From IMG/VR virus record IMGVR_UViG_3300046001_008198, positions 32,001 to 96,000 of that record: 64,000 nt of DNA. The stretch is one strand, 5' to 3'. Below, piece by piece: positions 1 to 9,496 of the stretch (its first letter is position 1; each line of letters starts with the position of its first letter). Source of the DNA: a virus. Below the pieces are notes generated by a model. It saw only the letters and a program-made list of their open reading frames with translations, ran no database searches and was not told the DNA's origin. A program made the position numbers and the translations under genes.

Positions 1-2352
1 CATACTCCTCGTGTTCCTAACATGACTTTCTATAAAAGTGTTGTCAAAGAAGAATACAAAACTGAGATTGTAGAAAGAGATTACATTGATAATAATGGGA
101 ACTTGGTATTAGCAAACATTGATAATCGAAATAGATTTCTTCCAAAAACTCCGCAACAAGGTGCTAGCAGCAGTAAGTACATCAATCCTGATTACCAAAC
201 TATGTTTGATACCGATCATGATTTATGGAATATGCTGGATGAGTTTAAGAACATCCATTTAGATTCTCAGATTGGTCTTGATAATGCCCAGAAATTAGGA
301 TTGAGTTATCCTTCAGCAAGAAGAGCTGGTTTAGAGAAGTTTACTCCACATAAACCAAAAGAGGCAGCGCGTAGATTTGTAAGTAATACATTACAGATGG
401 TACATTCTCAAGCGGATGATTACAATTTTGGTTTGATGATGAAGCCTATTGGAACTAAAAAACTTGATGAGTTTGGTAGACCTGTCTACGGTACATTTGA
501 ATTGGATCTGGACGATCGTAGTTTGGATATCATTGATTTAATGATGCAGTATCAACAAAGTGTTGAGTCATTTAAACTTCTACGAAAGAATTATTCAGTG
601 GCCAAAACTTTACAAGAACTTTTAGCTGGTGAAACCATTGCTCCTCAAATCAATAAATTCAAAAAAGAATTAGATTTTGTAGCTGCTGTTTCAAAGAATC
701 CAAATGTTGTACATAGAGCAAAGGCTGTTAATCAAATCTTTGAAAGACATTATGAAGGCGCAGGGCTTACTTCTTTTGGTGAAGGAACTATTGGACGGGA
801 AGCAACACGTATGGCTCACAGAGGTGTAAGTGGAATATCATCTCTTTCAAACAGGAAGTTCTTCTTTTTCAATTGGATGTCTGATGCTACCAATGCTGTT
901 TCAGGAAGAGTACAATACGGTTTAATTTCTGCAACTAGATCTGGTGATTATTTCAATATGAAAAACTGGATGGTTGGTGAAAAGAAAGCTTCTTCTACAA
1001 TTTCTCAGATGTTGGCATTGACTTATTCTTCTAGTACACGGGGGGTTGATGTCCAATTGGCTCAATTAATGAACGCGGCTCCTGATAAATTTGAACATGA
1101 AATTGGAGATGCAGGTAGTCGTAATGCATCCAAAGATGCTTATGAAGGTAAAGCAGGTTATGCTGTAAGAGCTGTACTACAACATCAGTTGGAACTTGCA
1201 GCTTTTTACGCGTTACTTGATAATCAAAAATATAGATTTCAGATAAATGGAACTGGTCCGCTTACTACTTTGGATAAATCGGTTGAACTTCGTAATGGAA
1301 AGATTCATACAAAAGATGGAGTTCCTCAGGAATACAGTATTAGTTATGATTCAAAAGGTACACTTATTTTAGGTGATAAATTGAAACAAATTATGAATCA
1401 CCATAATGGATTTTTAGTAAAAGCTACAGGTCTTGCAGGTAAGTTTAGCCAATCTGAATTTATGAATAGATGGCTGCTTGGTAAAATAATGCTGATGGTA
1501 TTAAGATTTGTTCCTGGTATGACTATGGATCGATATCAATTTAAAATCAGGAAGGATATGCCTAAGTCGGCAATGACTAAATCAGGATTAGGGTATTCAG
1601 GAAGAGCAATTAAGGGATTGTTTACAGGAAATATACAGGCTCGTTATAATTGGGATACAAAACAAGCCGAGATCGGTATGTATGTTGGAGCTTTGCAATT
1701 TTTTCAAAGAACTGTTACTGGAAGATTGAGTAATGTTTCGAATAATGAGTACGCAAGAGAAAATCTTCGCGGATTATTTGGAGTTGCTTTAACTAAAGCT
1801 ATGCAGGCTTTGATTCTTTCAATGTGTTCGGGTATGGTGTTTAATGATGACGATGACGATGAGTATAATGATTATCAGTATGATCCTAACAATCCTGATT
1901 ACCAATCTTTAAAAGCTTCTGCTACACTACCGAGACTTCCTGGGGTTGATCCTAAGTATGCTGCATCAAAAGGTATGTTTGAAGTAGGTGATTATGCACA
2001 ATTAGTTGCATTACGACTTGGACTTCGGGTAGAAAAAGAAACTGATACATGGAATCCTTTAACTCTTACACCTTTAGTAAAAGATATTATCTTAGGAAAT
2101 GGTCCTGCGGGTGAGGGTTCTGTGAAAGATGTGTTTGAAATAGTTAAGCTTTTAACTTTGGAAACTAAGGCTGCTATGGGATTTGAAGTCCAAGATTCTA
2201 AATTAACTATTGGAGCAGATGCAGGTCCTTATACTTGGCAGAGAGAAGGTGAAAGAAAAATTTGGAATGTTACAGGTCGATTATTTGGACTGAACGGAAG
2301 TATGATCAATCCAGCCCAAGCAATCGAAAATGAAGCGGCTTTCGCTAAATAA
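1..2352 (+). CDS. C-terminal fragment of a very large protein, probably a virion-associated/ejected protein (5'-truncated by window edge)
   Basis: Frame is open from base 1 (no stop before ATG 22), >776 aa. It lies on the structural-gene strand and converges on the replication block. Function inferred from size and position only. Confidence 0.45.
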   Translation, partial: HTPRVPNMTFYKSVVKEEYKTEIVERDYIDNNGNLVLANIDNRNRFLPKTPQQGASSSKYINPDYQTMFDTDHDLWNMLDEFKNIHLDSQIGLDNAQKLGLSYPSARRAGLEKFTPHKPKEAARRFVSNTLQMVHSQADDYNFGLMMKPIGTKKLDEFGRPVYGTFELDLDDRSLDIIDLMMQYQQSVESFKLLRKNYSVAKTLQELLAGETIAPQINKFKKELDFVAAVSKNPNVVHRAKAVNQIFERHYEGAGLTSFGEGTIGREATRMAHRGVSGISSLSNRKFFFFNWMSDATNAVSGRVQYGLISATRSGDYFNMKNWMVGEKKASSTISQMLALTYSSSTRGVDVQLAQLMNAAPDKFEHEIGDAGSRNASKDAYEGKAGYAVRAVLQHQLELAAFYALLDNQKYRFQINGTGPLTTLDKSVELRNGKIHTKDGVPQEYSISYDSKGTLILGDKLKQIMNHHNGFLVKATGLAGKFSQSEFMNRWLLGKIMLMVLRFVPGMTMDRYQFKIRKDMPKSAMTKSGLGYSGRAIKGLFTGNIQARYNWDTKQAEIGMYVGALQFFQRTVTGRLSNVSNNEYARENLRGLFGVALTKAMQALILSMCSGMVFNDDDDDEYNDYQYDPNNPDYQSLKASATLPRLPGVDPKYAASKGMFEVGDYAQLVALRLGLRVEKETDTWNPLTLTPLVKDIILGNGPAGEGSVKDVFEIVKLLTLETKAAMGFEVQDSKLTIGADAGPYTWQREGERKIWNVTGRLFGLNGSMINPAQAIENEAAFAK

Positions 2353-2967
2353 TTAAGATAATTCTGTTAGTAGTTCGGCAAGAGCTTTCTTTCCAAAACA
2401 AACAGTTTCTTTCTCAAGAAAAGGTGGTTCTATTAGTTCCACCTTTTTCATTATAGTTTCTACATCGCAATTCAATTCATCCGCATAATCCTGATAATAG
2501 TTTTCAGGGTGTATTGCAATCTCTGAAATTGGATGATCTGTTCTGCTCAGAAGGATCTTTGTGTTTAAAGTAAGCTTTGTGTACTCACCTCGTAAGATAG
2601 TGTCGTAGATGTTAGCTATCTGCGTAAATTCAAAGAAGAAATATTCATATTCATCATCGCTAATACTAAAATCAAAGAATTTATTCTCCGAAAGTATTGT
2701 TCTGACAGTCTGACTAATGTGATTTTTATGGAACAGACAGATTAAAGGACGGGTTTTCCCTAGATCCACTGATTCAATTTGTAGATATGTGCCGATAGGA
2801 ACAACATTTTTTGGAAGTTGTAACAAAGGGAACAAGAAGATTAAACTTTTAGTGTCATCTCTATGAGTCAGAAGTTTTTCGATTACGGTTGCTTTATTCA
2901 TTTTTAATATTTTATATAAAGGTAATAAATAATTAATAGTTAAACAAAAAATGTTTAAAATCCCCAC
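2353..2967 (-). CDS. hypothetical protein
   Basis: 204-aa ORF, likely start at the Met near 2901; its stop abuts the stop of the + strand giant gene with 0-nt gap. Confidence 0.65.
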   Translation of the reverse strand: MGILNIFCLTINYLLPLYKILKMNKATVIEKLLTHRDDTKSLIFLFPLLQLPKNVVPIGTYLQIESVDLGKTRPLICLFHKNHISQTVRTILSENKFFDFSISDDEYEYFFFEFTQIANIYDTILRGEYTKLTLNTKILLSRTDHPISEIAIHPENYYQDYADELNCDVETIMKKVELIEPPFLEKETVCFGKKALAELLTELS

Positions 2968-4043
2968 ATATTTTTTACCTCTTCTAATTCAGGTTTCTGA
3001 AAATCCCTTGCTACTGAAGGGTTTCGATCACCTTCCGCATGGAATACCCAAATATAAGTTTCCACATTGGTCCCACTTTCTTTAAATGCTCCTTTTGATA
3101 CAGGAAAATAGAGGCCTCCTTCATTTTCAGCCCATTCTTTAAATTCCTGATACTTTTTTTGATTATTTGTAATTGGACTAGGGGAACTCATTGTGATTAA
3201 TTGTCCTCCTGGTTTTAGAAACTTGTACATGTGTCGAATATGTTGAATATCCTGACCTCCTGTAAAAGGTGGATTTGCAATGATTAAATTAAATTGACCA
3301 AGAGTTTCAGGAGTATGTTTAAGAAAGTCTCCTTGTAATGTAGTTACATCAGAATTTGATTCAAATTTATCAGTAAGAACTGAATAATTCACATCACTGT
3401 ATTCCAAAGCTGTTATTTTTATGTCAGGTCTTACTGTTTGAAGGGCTTGCACAATTGCTCCCTGACCTGCTGAAGGTTCAAGCATTGTGTATCCTGGTCC
3501 AAGCATTCCAATTATTTGATTGGTTAATTCTTCACAAACTGCTGCAGGTGTTCCGAAGAACTGTAATTCTTTTTTCAGATTTTTAATCTCTCCATTTAAG
3601 ATCCGCTCTTGCATGATTTTCGCTGAAATGGGGAACTCAAATGCATTGTTTTTATACTTACCAAGGTTTTTGGTTAAGTAAGTCTTTACATCATTGTAAT
3701 TATCGAAGAATACATTCTCAGGAAGGATTAGTTTTTTACCGTCAGGAATCATGCGGCCAATGTTACGGAGCACTTCATCCTCATCATATTCAACAGGTAT
3801 TGATTTCAAATCAAGTTGTTTGTTACCTGATGAAATTTCTATCGAAACTGTTTTGCCAATGTTACTTTTAATAAATTCTATATCTTGTTTGGTAAAAGTA
3901 TAGTCACAACCATCTCCTAATGCAATAGTTTTGCGGTTTTCATCTATTAATATTTTAGCTGAAATACTTCCTTCTGTTACATAATATAATTCGGATTTGA
4001 CTGTGACTGTTACAAGATCATTATGGATTTCTATTTTTTCCAT
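2955..4043 (-). CDS. N6-adenine DNA methyltransferase with N-terminal extension
   Basis: Motif X QFFGTP, motif I LEPSAGQGAI, motif IV IIANPPF. Confidence 0.85.
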   Translation of the reverse strand: MEKIEIHNDLVTVTVKSELYYVTEGSISAKILIDENRKTIALGDGCDYTFTKQDIEFIKSNIGKTVSIEISSGNKQLDLKSIPVEYDEDEVLRNIGRMIPDGKKLILPENVFFDNYNDVKTYLTKNLGKYKNNAFEFPISAKIMQERILNGEIKNLKKELQFFGTPAAVCEELTNQIIGMLGPGYTMLEPSAGQGAIVQALQTVRPDIKITALEYSDVNYSVLTDKFESNSDVTTLQGDFLKHTPETLGQFNLIIANPPFTGGQDIQHIRHMYKFLKPGGQLITMSSPSPITNNQKKYQEFKEWAENEGGLYFPVSKGAFKESGTNVETYIWVFHAEGDRNPSVARDFQKPELEEVKNMWGF

Positions 4044-4582
4044 GTAGGGTGTGTAAAATATTTATATTCAATTGGACCTCGATATCCTTTTTCAAGTTCG
4101 AGTATCATTGTTTGTATTCGAAGGTATCCGAATGACTTTCTTGGTAATGCTGTGATGGATTTCAATCCGAATTCAATTAGGTGTCTACATCTAGTGTCGG
4201 AATCAAGCATTAAGAACCAAGGCATCACTGCAATTACATGATCACTCATCTTCATACACTCATTTAAGATATGATAACCTGCGGCCATGCCAGAAAGATT
4301 GATTCCTTCTGGTGCATTGTCGATAATCAAACTCTTTCCTGAGAAAGGAGGATTCATAATAACTGCATCATACCTTTCAGTAGTATTCAATAGAAAAAAA
4401 TCTTCTGCAGCAGTTACTCTAAATCGAGGGATACCAAGACTTACTTTTGATTTACGACTATGTAGTTCTTTTACAAGATTACCTTCTCCTGGAGTTGGTT
4501 CCAATATACTGTGACAATGAAATGGAATCATGTCCACCATGTATTTAGCAACCACAGGATGTGTTTGAAATTGTTTTTCCAT
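4031..4582 (-). CDS. small amino (N6A/N4C) DNA methyltransferase
   Basis: FQTHP, motif I LEPTPGEGNL, motif IV IMNPPFS. Confidence 0.8.
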   Translation of the reverse strand: MEKQFQTHPVVAKYMVDMIPFHCHSILEPTPGEGNLVKELHSRKSKVSLGIPRFRVTAAEDFFLLNTTERYDAVIMNPPFSGKSLIIDNAPEGINLSGMAAGYHILNECMKMSDHVIAVMPWFLMLDSDTRCRHLIEFGLKSITALPRKSFGYLRIQTMILELEKGYRGPIEYKYFTHPTWKK

Positions 4583-4583
4583 T

Positions 4584-4865
4584 TTACATTTTTACAAGTC
4601 TAATATGAGAAGCTCCATATCGATTTTGAAGTTGCTCTAATGCAACCATGTCTTCTTGGAATTCTTTTGACCATCCAAAATATTCGAGCGGATCTGGTTC
4701 TTGCATGTATGCCGCCACATTAAAGATGTGTTCTTTCATGTCTCCCTGATCTAACCATTGGTCAATTTTAAGAGTTTGTATTTTCTCAAAGGTTCCTAGA
4801 TTTAATTCTGATTGTAGCACATCAATTATTTTATGTGCATCGAACTTGGTTAATTTTTTACTCAT
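4584..4865 (-). CDS. hypothetical protein
   Basis: Tiles with neighbours on the coding strand. Confidence 0.65.
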   Translation of the reverse strand: MSKKLTKFDAHKIIDVLQSELNLGTFEKIQTLKIDQWLDQGDMKEHIFNVAAYMQEPDPLEYFGWSKEFQEDMVALEQLQNRYGASHIRLVKM

Positions 4866-5157
4866 CGTTTTGTATATATCTGATTAATACATCTTTTCCA
4901 ATTGCTTCCATTAGGTCATTAACATCATAGTAATGAATCACAGCCGATGTAGTTACACGGGATAATAATTCCTGAGGACCTAATGAATCCAATACTTTTT
5001 CTTTAGCATATTCAATCAAAACATCATCAGGAATATCCTCTAAGACTTCATTGATATAATTAGTATCAACATCAATGTAAATTCTATCGGAACTCTGAGG
5101 TTCCATATTATTAATACATTTTGCATCGAAGGTGAGATTAACGGTAGGTTGTGCCAT
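4858..5157 (-). CDS. hypothetical acidic protein
   Basis: Tiles with neighbours; Asp/Glu rich. Confidence 0.65.
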   Translation of the reverse strand: MAQPTVNLTFDAKCINNMEPQSSDRIYIDVDTNYINEVLEDIPDDVLIEYAKEKVLDSLGPQELLSRVTTSAVIHYYDVNDLMEAIGKDVLIRYIQNDE

Positions 5158-5158
5158 A

Positions 5159-5707
5159 TTAAATTAATTTACTTACAAGTTTTTCAGCTTCTTTACCATA
5201 TACTTTTTTGATATGATTACTTAAAGATATATCATCAGGGCAATTTACTCTTTTGTCCAGAGCAACAATATCTAATGTGAATTTATTACTCATCGCCATA
5301 ACTAGACCATCACCTTTTGGAGTGAAGCCTAGTATTTTTGTAAGTTTTTTCCAATCTTCTTTACGCTGAAGAGCTTCTATTACTTTATGCTCATATATTT
5401 CAGGAAGGTCTTCAACTGGTGGATGTCCTGTAATTAAATTATGAGCTCTTTTTGGATCCACTTTAGATAACCATTCGATCAATTGTTTTTTACAACTAAG
5501 TTTTGTTGAGGCTGACCACATAAATAATCCAGTTCTTACTTCACTCATACTGTAATAAAAATCTTGGAATTCGCCCCGAACTAATCTAGGATGTATTCCA
5601 AACTCAAATGTTTCACCATTGATTTCCCGAGAAATAATTTCAGCGGATATTTTATATAGTTTTTCTCCAGTAGCAATTGTTATTTCACGATTGATAATTT
5701 TTGCCAT
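5159..5707 (-). CDS. hypothetical protein
   Basis: Tiles with neighbours. Confidence 0.65.
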   Translation of the reverse strand: MAKIINREITIATGEKLYKISAEIISREINGETFEFGIHPRLVRGEFQDFYYSMSEVRTGLFMWSASTKLSCKKQLIEWLSKVDPKRAHNLITGHPPVEDLPEIYEHKVIEALQRKEDWKKLTKILGFTPKGDGLVMAMSNKFTLDIVALDKRVNCPDDISLSNHIKKVYGKEAEKLVSKLI

Positions 5708-5708
5708 C

Positions 5709-5951
5709 TTATCCTTTTTTAACTTCGGTTAATAATTTTAGTTGTCTTTCCAATTCAAGCGCTACCTGAATTCCTTTTTGAGCTGTGAATGCAGGATCTG
5801 ATGTTAAGTTTGGATTACTTAAAGCAGCTGCAGTAAATTCTCTAGCACATCTTTCGAAGTAAGATTCACCTTCTTCTTCTTTCCAGGTTTTGTCTCCACT
5901 TGGATATTCCATAGTAGCAAATACAGGATGTACTTTTTTACTTAGATCCAT
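5709..5951 (-). CDS. hypothetical protein, paralog of 5938-6345
   Basis: Shares the C-terminal motif AAALSNPN..AQKGIQVALELERQL with its neighbour. Confidence 0.65.
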   Translation of the reverse strand: MDLSKKVHPVFATMEYPSGDKTWKEEEGESYFERCAREFTAAALSNPNLTSDPAFTAQKGIQVALELERQLKLLTEVKKG

Positions 5952-6345
5952 CTCTTAATATATTTTCCATGATTTCTAATTGGTTGCATACAGCTAATGC
6001 AATTTGAATAGCCTTCTGAGCAACCTGTTCTGGTTCTAAGTTGTTATTATTAGGATTGGCTGTTATTCCTGATATAGCATGCTCAGTATAGATTGCAAGA
6101 TAGTTTTTGTTACTACCCGGAACGCGTAAAGCTTTCTTTTCATGAATCGTATGTGATTTCTGCATATCTTGCATAGGTCCTGAATTAGCCTTAGCCATTG
6201 TCATATTAATCTTACCAATTGTACCCTCCGCTGCTTGATCTATAGGAAGTATTCCTAAAGCTTGCTGTCTTTTTTGTATAGAATTTAAATTATCTTGAAG
6301 GCTTGCTCTTGCATATTTTGCGGAACGATCTCCATCTGTACTCAT
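5938..6345 (-). CDS. hypothetical protein, paralog of 5709-5951
   Basis: C-terminal GITANPN..AQKAIQIALAVCNQL. Confidence 0.65.
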   Translation of the reverse strand: MSTDGDRSAKYARASLQDNLNSIQKRQQALGILPIDQAAEGTIGKINMTMAKANSGPMQDMQKSHTIHEKKALRVPGSNKNYLAIYTEHAISGITANPNNNNLEPEQVAQKAIQIALAVCNQLEIMENILRDGSK

Positions 6346-6539
6346 AATAGTTTTTCTTTTTCTTGAATAATATTTGCTTCTACTTCAATCCAGAAGCGTG
6401 CATTTGTAATAGTTGTCATATATGGAACATTTTCGATTGAGTTCTGCTCCATTTTGATATATCCTTGAACTTGCTTATGTGCTGCAGCTATCCCCATTTC
6501 TTGAATCAGGGTAATAGCTTTTAGATGTGGAATTGTCAT
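6342..6539 (-). CDS. hypothetical protein
   Basis: Overlapping start/stop with neighbours. Confidence 0.55.
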   Translation of the reverse strand: MTIPHLKAITLIQEMGIAAAHKQVQGYIKMEQNSIENVPYMTTITNARFWIEVEANIIQEKEKLL

Positions 6540-7481
6540 TTAAAATTTATTTTTGACACAATGTCCGTGCGACATTTTATAGTCTTCCAATTCTTCAATT
6601 GTCATATGACCATATTTTTCTTCTGCTATGATTAGCATCTCAGGTAATAGTTTCTTGCCCCATACTCCAAGGTTGTCTACAATTTTACCTGTCTTTTGAG
6701 ATACAGCTTTTGTAAGATCTCCTTTGTAAGCATTGGCTTTTATCTTATTCACTTCCAATTCCACCCATTCTTCATATTCAAATGGCCATACTCTCCATAA
6801 ATAAAGTAATTCTTGTAAGCTCATGAAAGGACAAATCATGCAATTGCTCGGAGGTGGAACCGTCCAACCAGTTGACTTGATATAATCTTGACAAGCCTGT
6901 CTATCTAGTCCTAAGTCAATTAATGGATACACTTTGTTTATTGCAAGGCGCATCCATATAGCTATGCTGTCTTCATTTGTTGAAGCTCTCTTTTCTTCAC
7001 CTGCAGCAATTCCTAAAAGCATGTCAATTTTACCATACTTTTTAGCGAATTCTTGTAATGCTCTTTTAAGTCCTACTTTTTCAGTGCTGTATGTAGTGTG
7101 AACATATTGTTCTAACCAATTGTAAATCGGTGTAATTTTTAATTTATCCGTGCAAGTCTTTGGAAAAGCTTTGGATCCAATTGCATTTGCTGATCGGTAG
7201 AATCCTTTCAATCCTTTAGACCATGATGGGGAAGTATGTCCCATATCTCCAGTAATGAAGTAGAAAGGGATTTTTTTCTTTGCACACAATGTTTGCACCC
7301 ATTTTCGATGAGCTATTGTCTTTGGATGCTCATTACCTGTGTCAGCCATTACAACAATTAAATCTCCTGGAGCGTATGTCTTTTTAAAGAAAGGTTCATA
7401 GATGAGTCGATATAAAATTGCTGTGCTGTCTTGACCTGCTCCGAAACTTAATACTGTTAGTTTCGCAAGTTTATTCAACAT
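6540..7481 (-). CDS. phosphoadenosine phosphosulfate (PAPS) reductase-family / PP-loop protein
   Basis: PP-loop SFGAGQDST, ADTGNEH, GIAAGEEKR, YPL, C-terminal SNCMICPF. Confidence 0.8.
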   Translation of the reverse strand: MLNKLAKLTVLSFGAGQDSTAILYRLIYEPFFKKTYAPGDLIVVMADTGNEHPKTIAHRKWVQTLCAKKKIPFYFITGDMGHTSPSWSKGLKGFYRSANAIGSKAFPKTCTDKLKITPIYNWLEQYVHTTYSTEKVGLKRALQEFAKKYGKIDMLLGIAAGEEKRASTNEDSIAIWMRLAINKVYPLIDLGLDRQACQDYIKSTGWTVPPPSNCMICPFMSLQELLYLWRVWPFEYEEWVELEVNKIKANAYKGDLTKAVSQKTGKIVDNLGVWGKKLLPEMLIIAEEKYGHMTIEELEDYKMSHGHCVKNKF

Positions 7482-7836
7482 GGGACTTGTATTTTAAAAT
7501 TAAATTTCCTTCTTCATCAAGCTTTTGTTTATAGGTTGTTTTATTAAATTTTTCAGTTCTATAACCATTATGAGAAGTTTCAATATTAAAAATTGGCTGA
7601 GTAACAATCTCAACTTCCATCTGATTGCATTTTTTATTCGACTGTTCTTCAACTACTCGAAATAATTCAGCACAATTAACTTTTGATAATTTTTTGAGTA
7701 TTGTCCCATTACGCTCTGATTGAGCTACATCATCTGCTTCAAAAGGATATTGCGATGAACCAAGTATTTTACAGTCTTCTCCTGTAAGAGTATAACCTAC
7801 TCCTTTAGGATATTTATATTTAACTAATGTATACAT
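7471..7836 (-). CDS. hypothetical protein
   Basis: Tiles with neighbours. Confidence 0.6.
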   Translation of the reverse strand: MYTLVKYKYPKGVGYTLTGEDCKILGSSQYPFEADDVAQSERNGTILKKLSKVNCAELFRVVEEQSNKKCNQMEVEIVTQPIFNIETSHNGYRTEKFNKTTYKQKLDEEGNLILKYKSHVE

Positions 7837-7888
7837 GTAGCTTATGTTTTAAAATTATTTATAACAATTATCAACCTATAGGTTTATT

Positions 7889-8080
7889 TTAATCTTCTTC
7901 TTCGTATTCAGTTCCATCTAATCTTTCTCCATTACCATCCCAATATGGAACTTTTGTATCAGTATAAAAATTAATTATTTGAGCATCTATTAACTCATCA
8001 ACACATTCTACTAATAAATCTTTTATTTGGTCAATTTCTAATGTTTCAATCCAAATTTTTAATCTTTCTCTTCGGCTCAT
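7889..8080 (-). CDS. small acidic hypothetical protein
   Basis: 63 aa, fills the gap on the coding strand. Confidence 0.55.
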   Translation of the reverse strand: MSRRERLKIWIETLEIDQIKDLLVECVDELIDAQIINFYTDTKVPYWDGNGERLDGTEYEEED

Positions 8081-8097
8081 AATATCAACTTATAGGT

Positions 8098-8370
8098 TTA
8101 TACTAATAAAGCTTCTTCGATTTCTTCAGCATATTCTTTTATCATTTCGATAACAGAGTCTGTAAAAGTGTCATCTACAGGGGCAAATAGCTCTTCCCTG
8201 AAACCTTTTCTTGCATTAGCAGGGTTGTCCAATAACTCTTTGAGTATTACTCCAAATTTAGGAGTGTATCCGTGGACTGTGTAAATAATGTCTTTTTTTA
8301 ATACAATGCCGTGGTCAGGGTACTGCATAGCTTTGACACATACAATTTTTTGATCGGGTTTAAATCTCAT
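8098..8370 (-). CDS. hypothetical protein (probable paralog of 36601-36894)
   Basis: KIVCV..IYTV..GVILKEL..F pattern shared with 36601-36894. Confidence 0.6.
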   Translation of the reverse strand: MRFKPDQKIVCVKAMQYPDHGIVLKKDIIYTVHGYTPKFGVILKELLDNPANARKGFREELFAPVDDTFTDSVIEMIKEYAEEIEEALLV

Positions 8371-8371
8371 A

Positions 8372-8731
8372 TTACTTTGTTAATTGTAAATAAATATCTT
8401 TCTCCTTAGTAGATAAGGTTTCGAAAGAATAGGATTCAGGATAGATGGATTCTTTGTCATAATAAGGTTCTTCTTTTGAACCAAAATGAACAGGCTTTAA
8501 TGAAAAATGCCAAAGGACAAACTCTTTAAAATAAATCTTATCGAATTTGTCTGTAATATTTAAAAGTCTAGTCAAAGAATTTCCTCTTCCTGCATTTAAA
8601 TTATAATAGGATAATCCGTCAACATAAACATAATGTTCAATCTGAGGAATCAAACTTAGAAAGTGGTCTAGGAGCGTTCCACTTAATTCTGGGATCTTTT
8701 TTGGGCTGTTTTGGTGGATCATATCGGACAT
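8372..8731 (-). CDS. hypothetical protein
   Basis: ORF overlaps 8637-8927 by about 95 nt, so the start is uncertain. Confidence 0.5.
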   Translation of the reverse strand: MSDMIHQNSPKKIPELSGTLLDHFLSLIPQIEHYVYVDGLSYYNLNAGRGNSLTRLLNITDKFDKIYFKEFVLWHFSLKPVHFGSKEEPYYDKESIYPESYSFETLSTKEKDIYLQLTK

Positions 8732-8927
8732 TAAATATAGTGATTAATTTATTATAATCTTCCTTTATTTTTTGATTCGAGTAGTTGCATCTACGCTTAC
8801 CTTTTATAGTGAACCATCGCTTAAAATACTTTAGCTTTCTATGGCTATCGAATACATAAGTTTTGAATGTGTCTTTGATAAGTTTTGCAACTACTCGCTG
8901 CTTGAATTCTTGGTCAGTCCATTTCAT
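8637..8927 (-). CDS. hypothetical basic protein
   Basis: Start overlaps the upstream stop. Confidence 0.5.
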   Translation of the reverse strand: MKWTDQEFKQRVVAKLIKDTFKTYVFDSHRKLKYFKRWFTIKGKRRCNYSNQKIKEDYNKLITIFNVRYDPPKQPKKDPRIKWNAPRPLSKFDSSD

Positions 8928-9486
8928 ATTCAGAAATTAATGACGGAATTACTTCCGGGTTGACAAAATCATAACCGTCAATTTTTAATTTTGCAATCAT
9001 TCCTTTGGGGCCAAATTTTAATTTCTGTGATTTAGTAAACAACTGATCGTATTTAAAATTGTCATACCAATTACTAATCACAGATTTACCTTTGACAACT
9101 AAAACATTTGAGTTTAATTCTAAATAACGATCATTTAGGTGTAGTTTAATGACCTCCTCTGCATAGTTAATTAAAGTTGATCGAGTTACTGCTATTTTGA
9201 TTAACTGTTTGTCATATGTGTAAGGAACTTGTCTGTTACCATCGAAGATATGAAATTGAATGGTATCTACATCTCTGGATGTGTATATAGATGCCATTTT
9301 GAATGTTTTGAAATATAAATCAACTGACCAATATTCTATATTAATGCATCGGATAATGTTTATATTGAATCCCATGTTTGTGAATATTGAAATAAACTCT
9401 AAACATTTATCACGATTTTCACTTTTTGTGAATATTGTTGTGGCTTTATCAGAGTTGAAATGTTGTAATACAGATTTGAGTTTCAT
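8914..9486 (-). CDS. hypothetical protein
   Basis: Tiles with neighbours. Confidence 0.65.
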   Translation of the reverse strand: MKLKSVLQHFNSDKATTIFTKSENRDKCLEFISIFTNMGFNINIIRCINIEYWSVDLYFKTFKMASIYTSRDVDTIQFHIFDGNRQVPYTYDKQLIKIAVTRSTLINYAEEVIKLHLNDRYLELNSNVLVVKGKSVISNWYDNFKYDQLFTKSQKLKFGPKGMIAKLKIDGYDFVNPEVIPSLISEYEMD

Positions 9487-9496
9487 TTGAATGTTT

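Noticed and set aside
6540-7481. Dnd phosphorothioation system
   Set aside because: Only a PAPS-reductase-family gene is present; no DndD, DndE or cysteine desulfurase is recognisable
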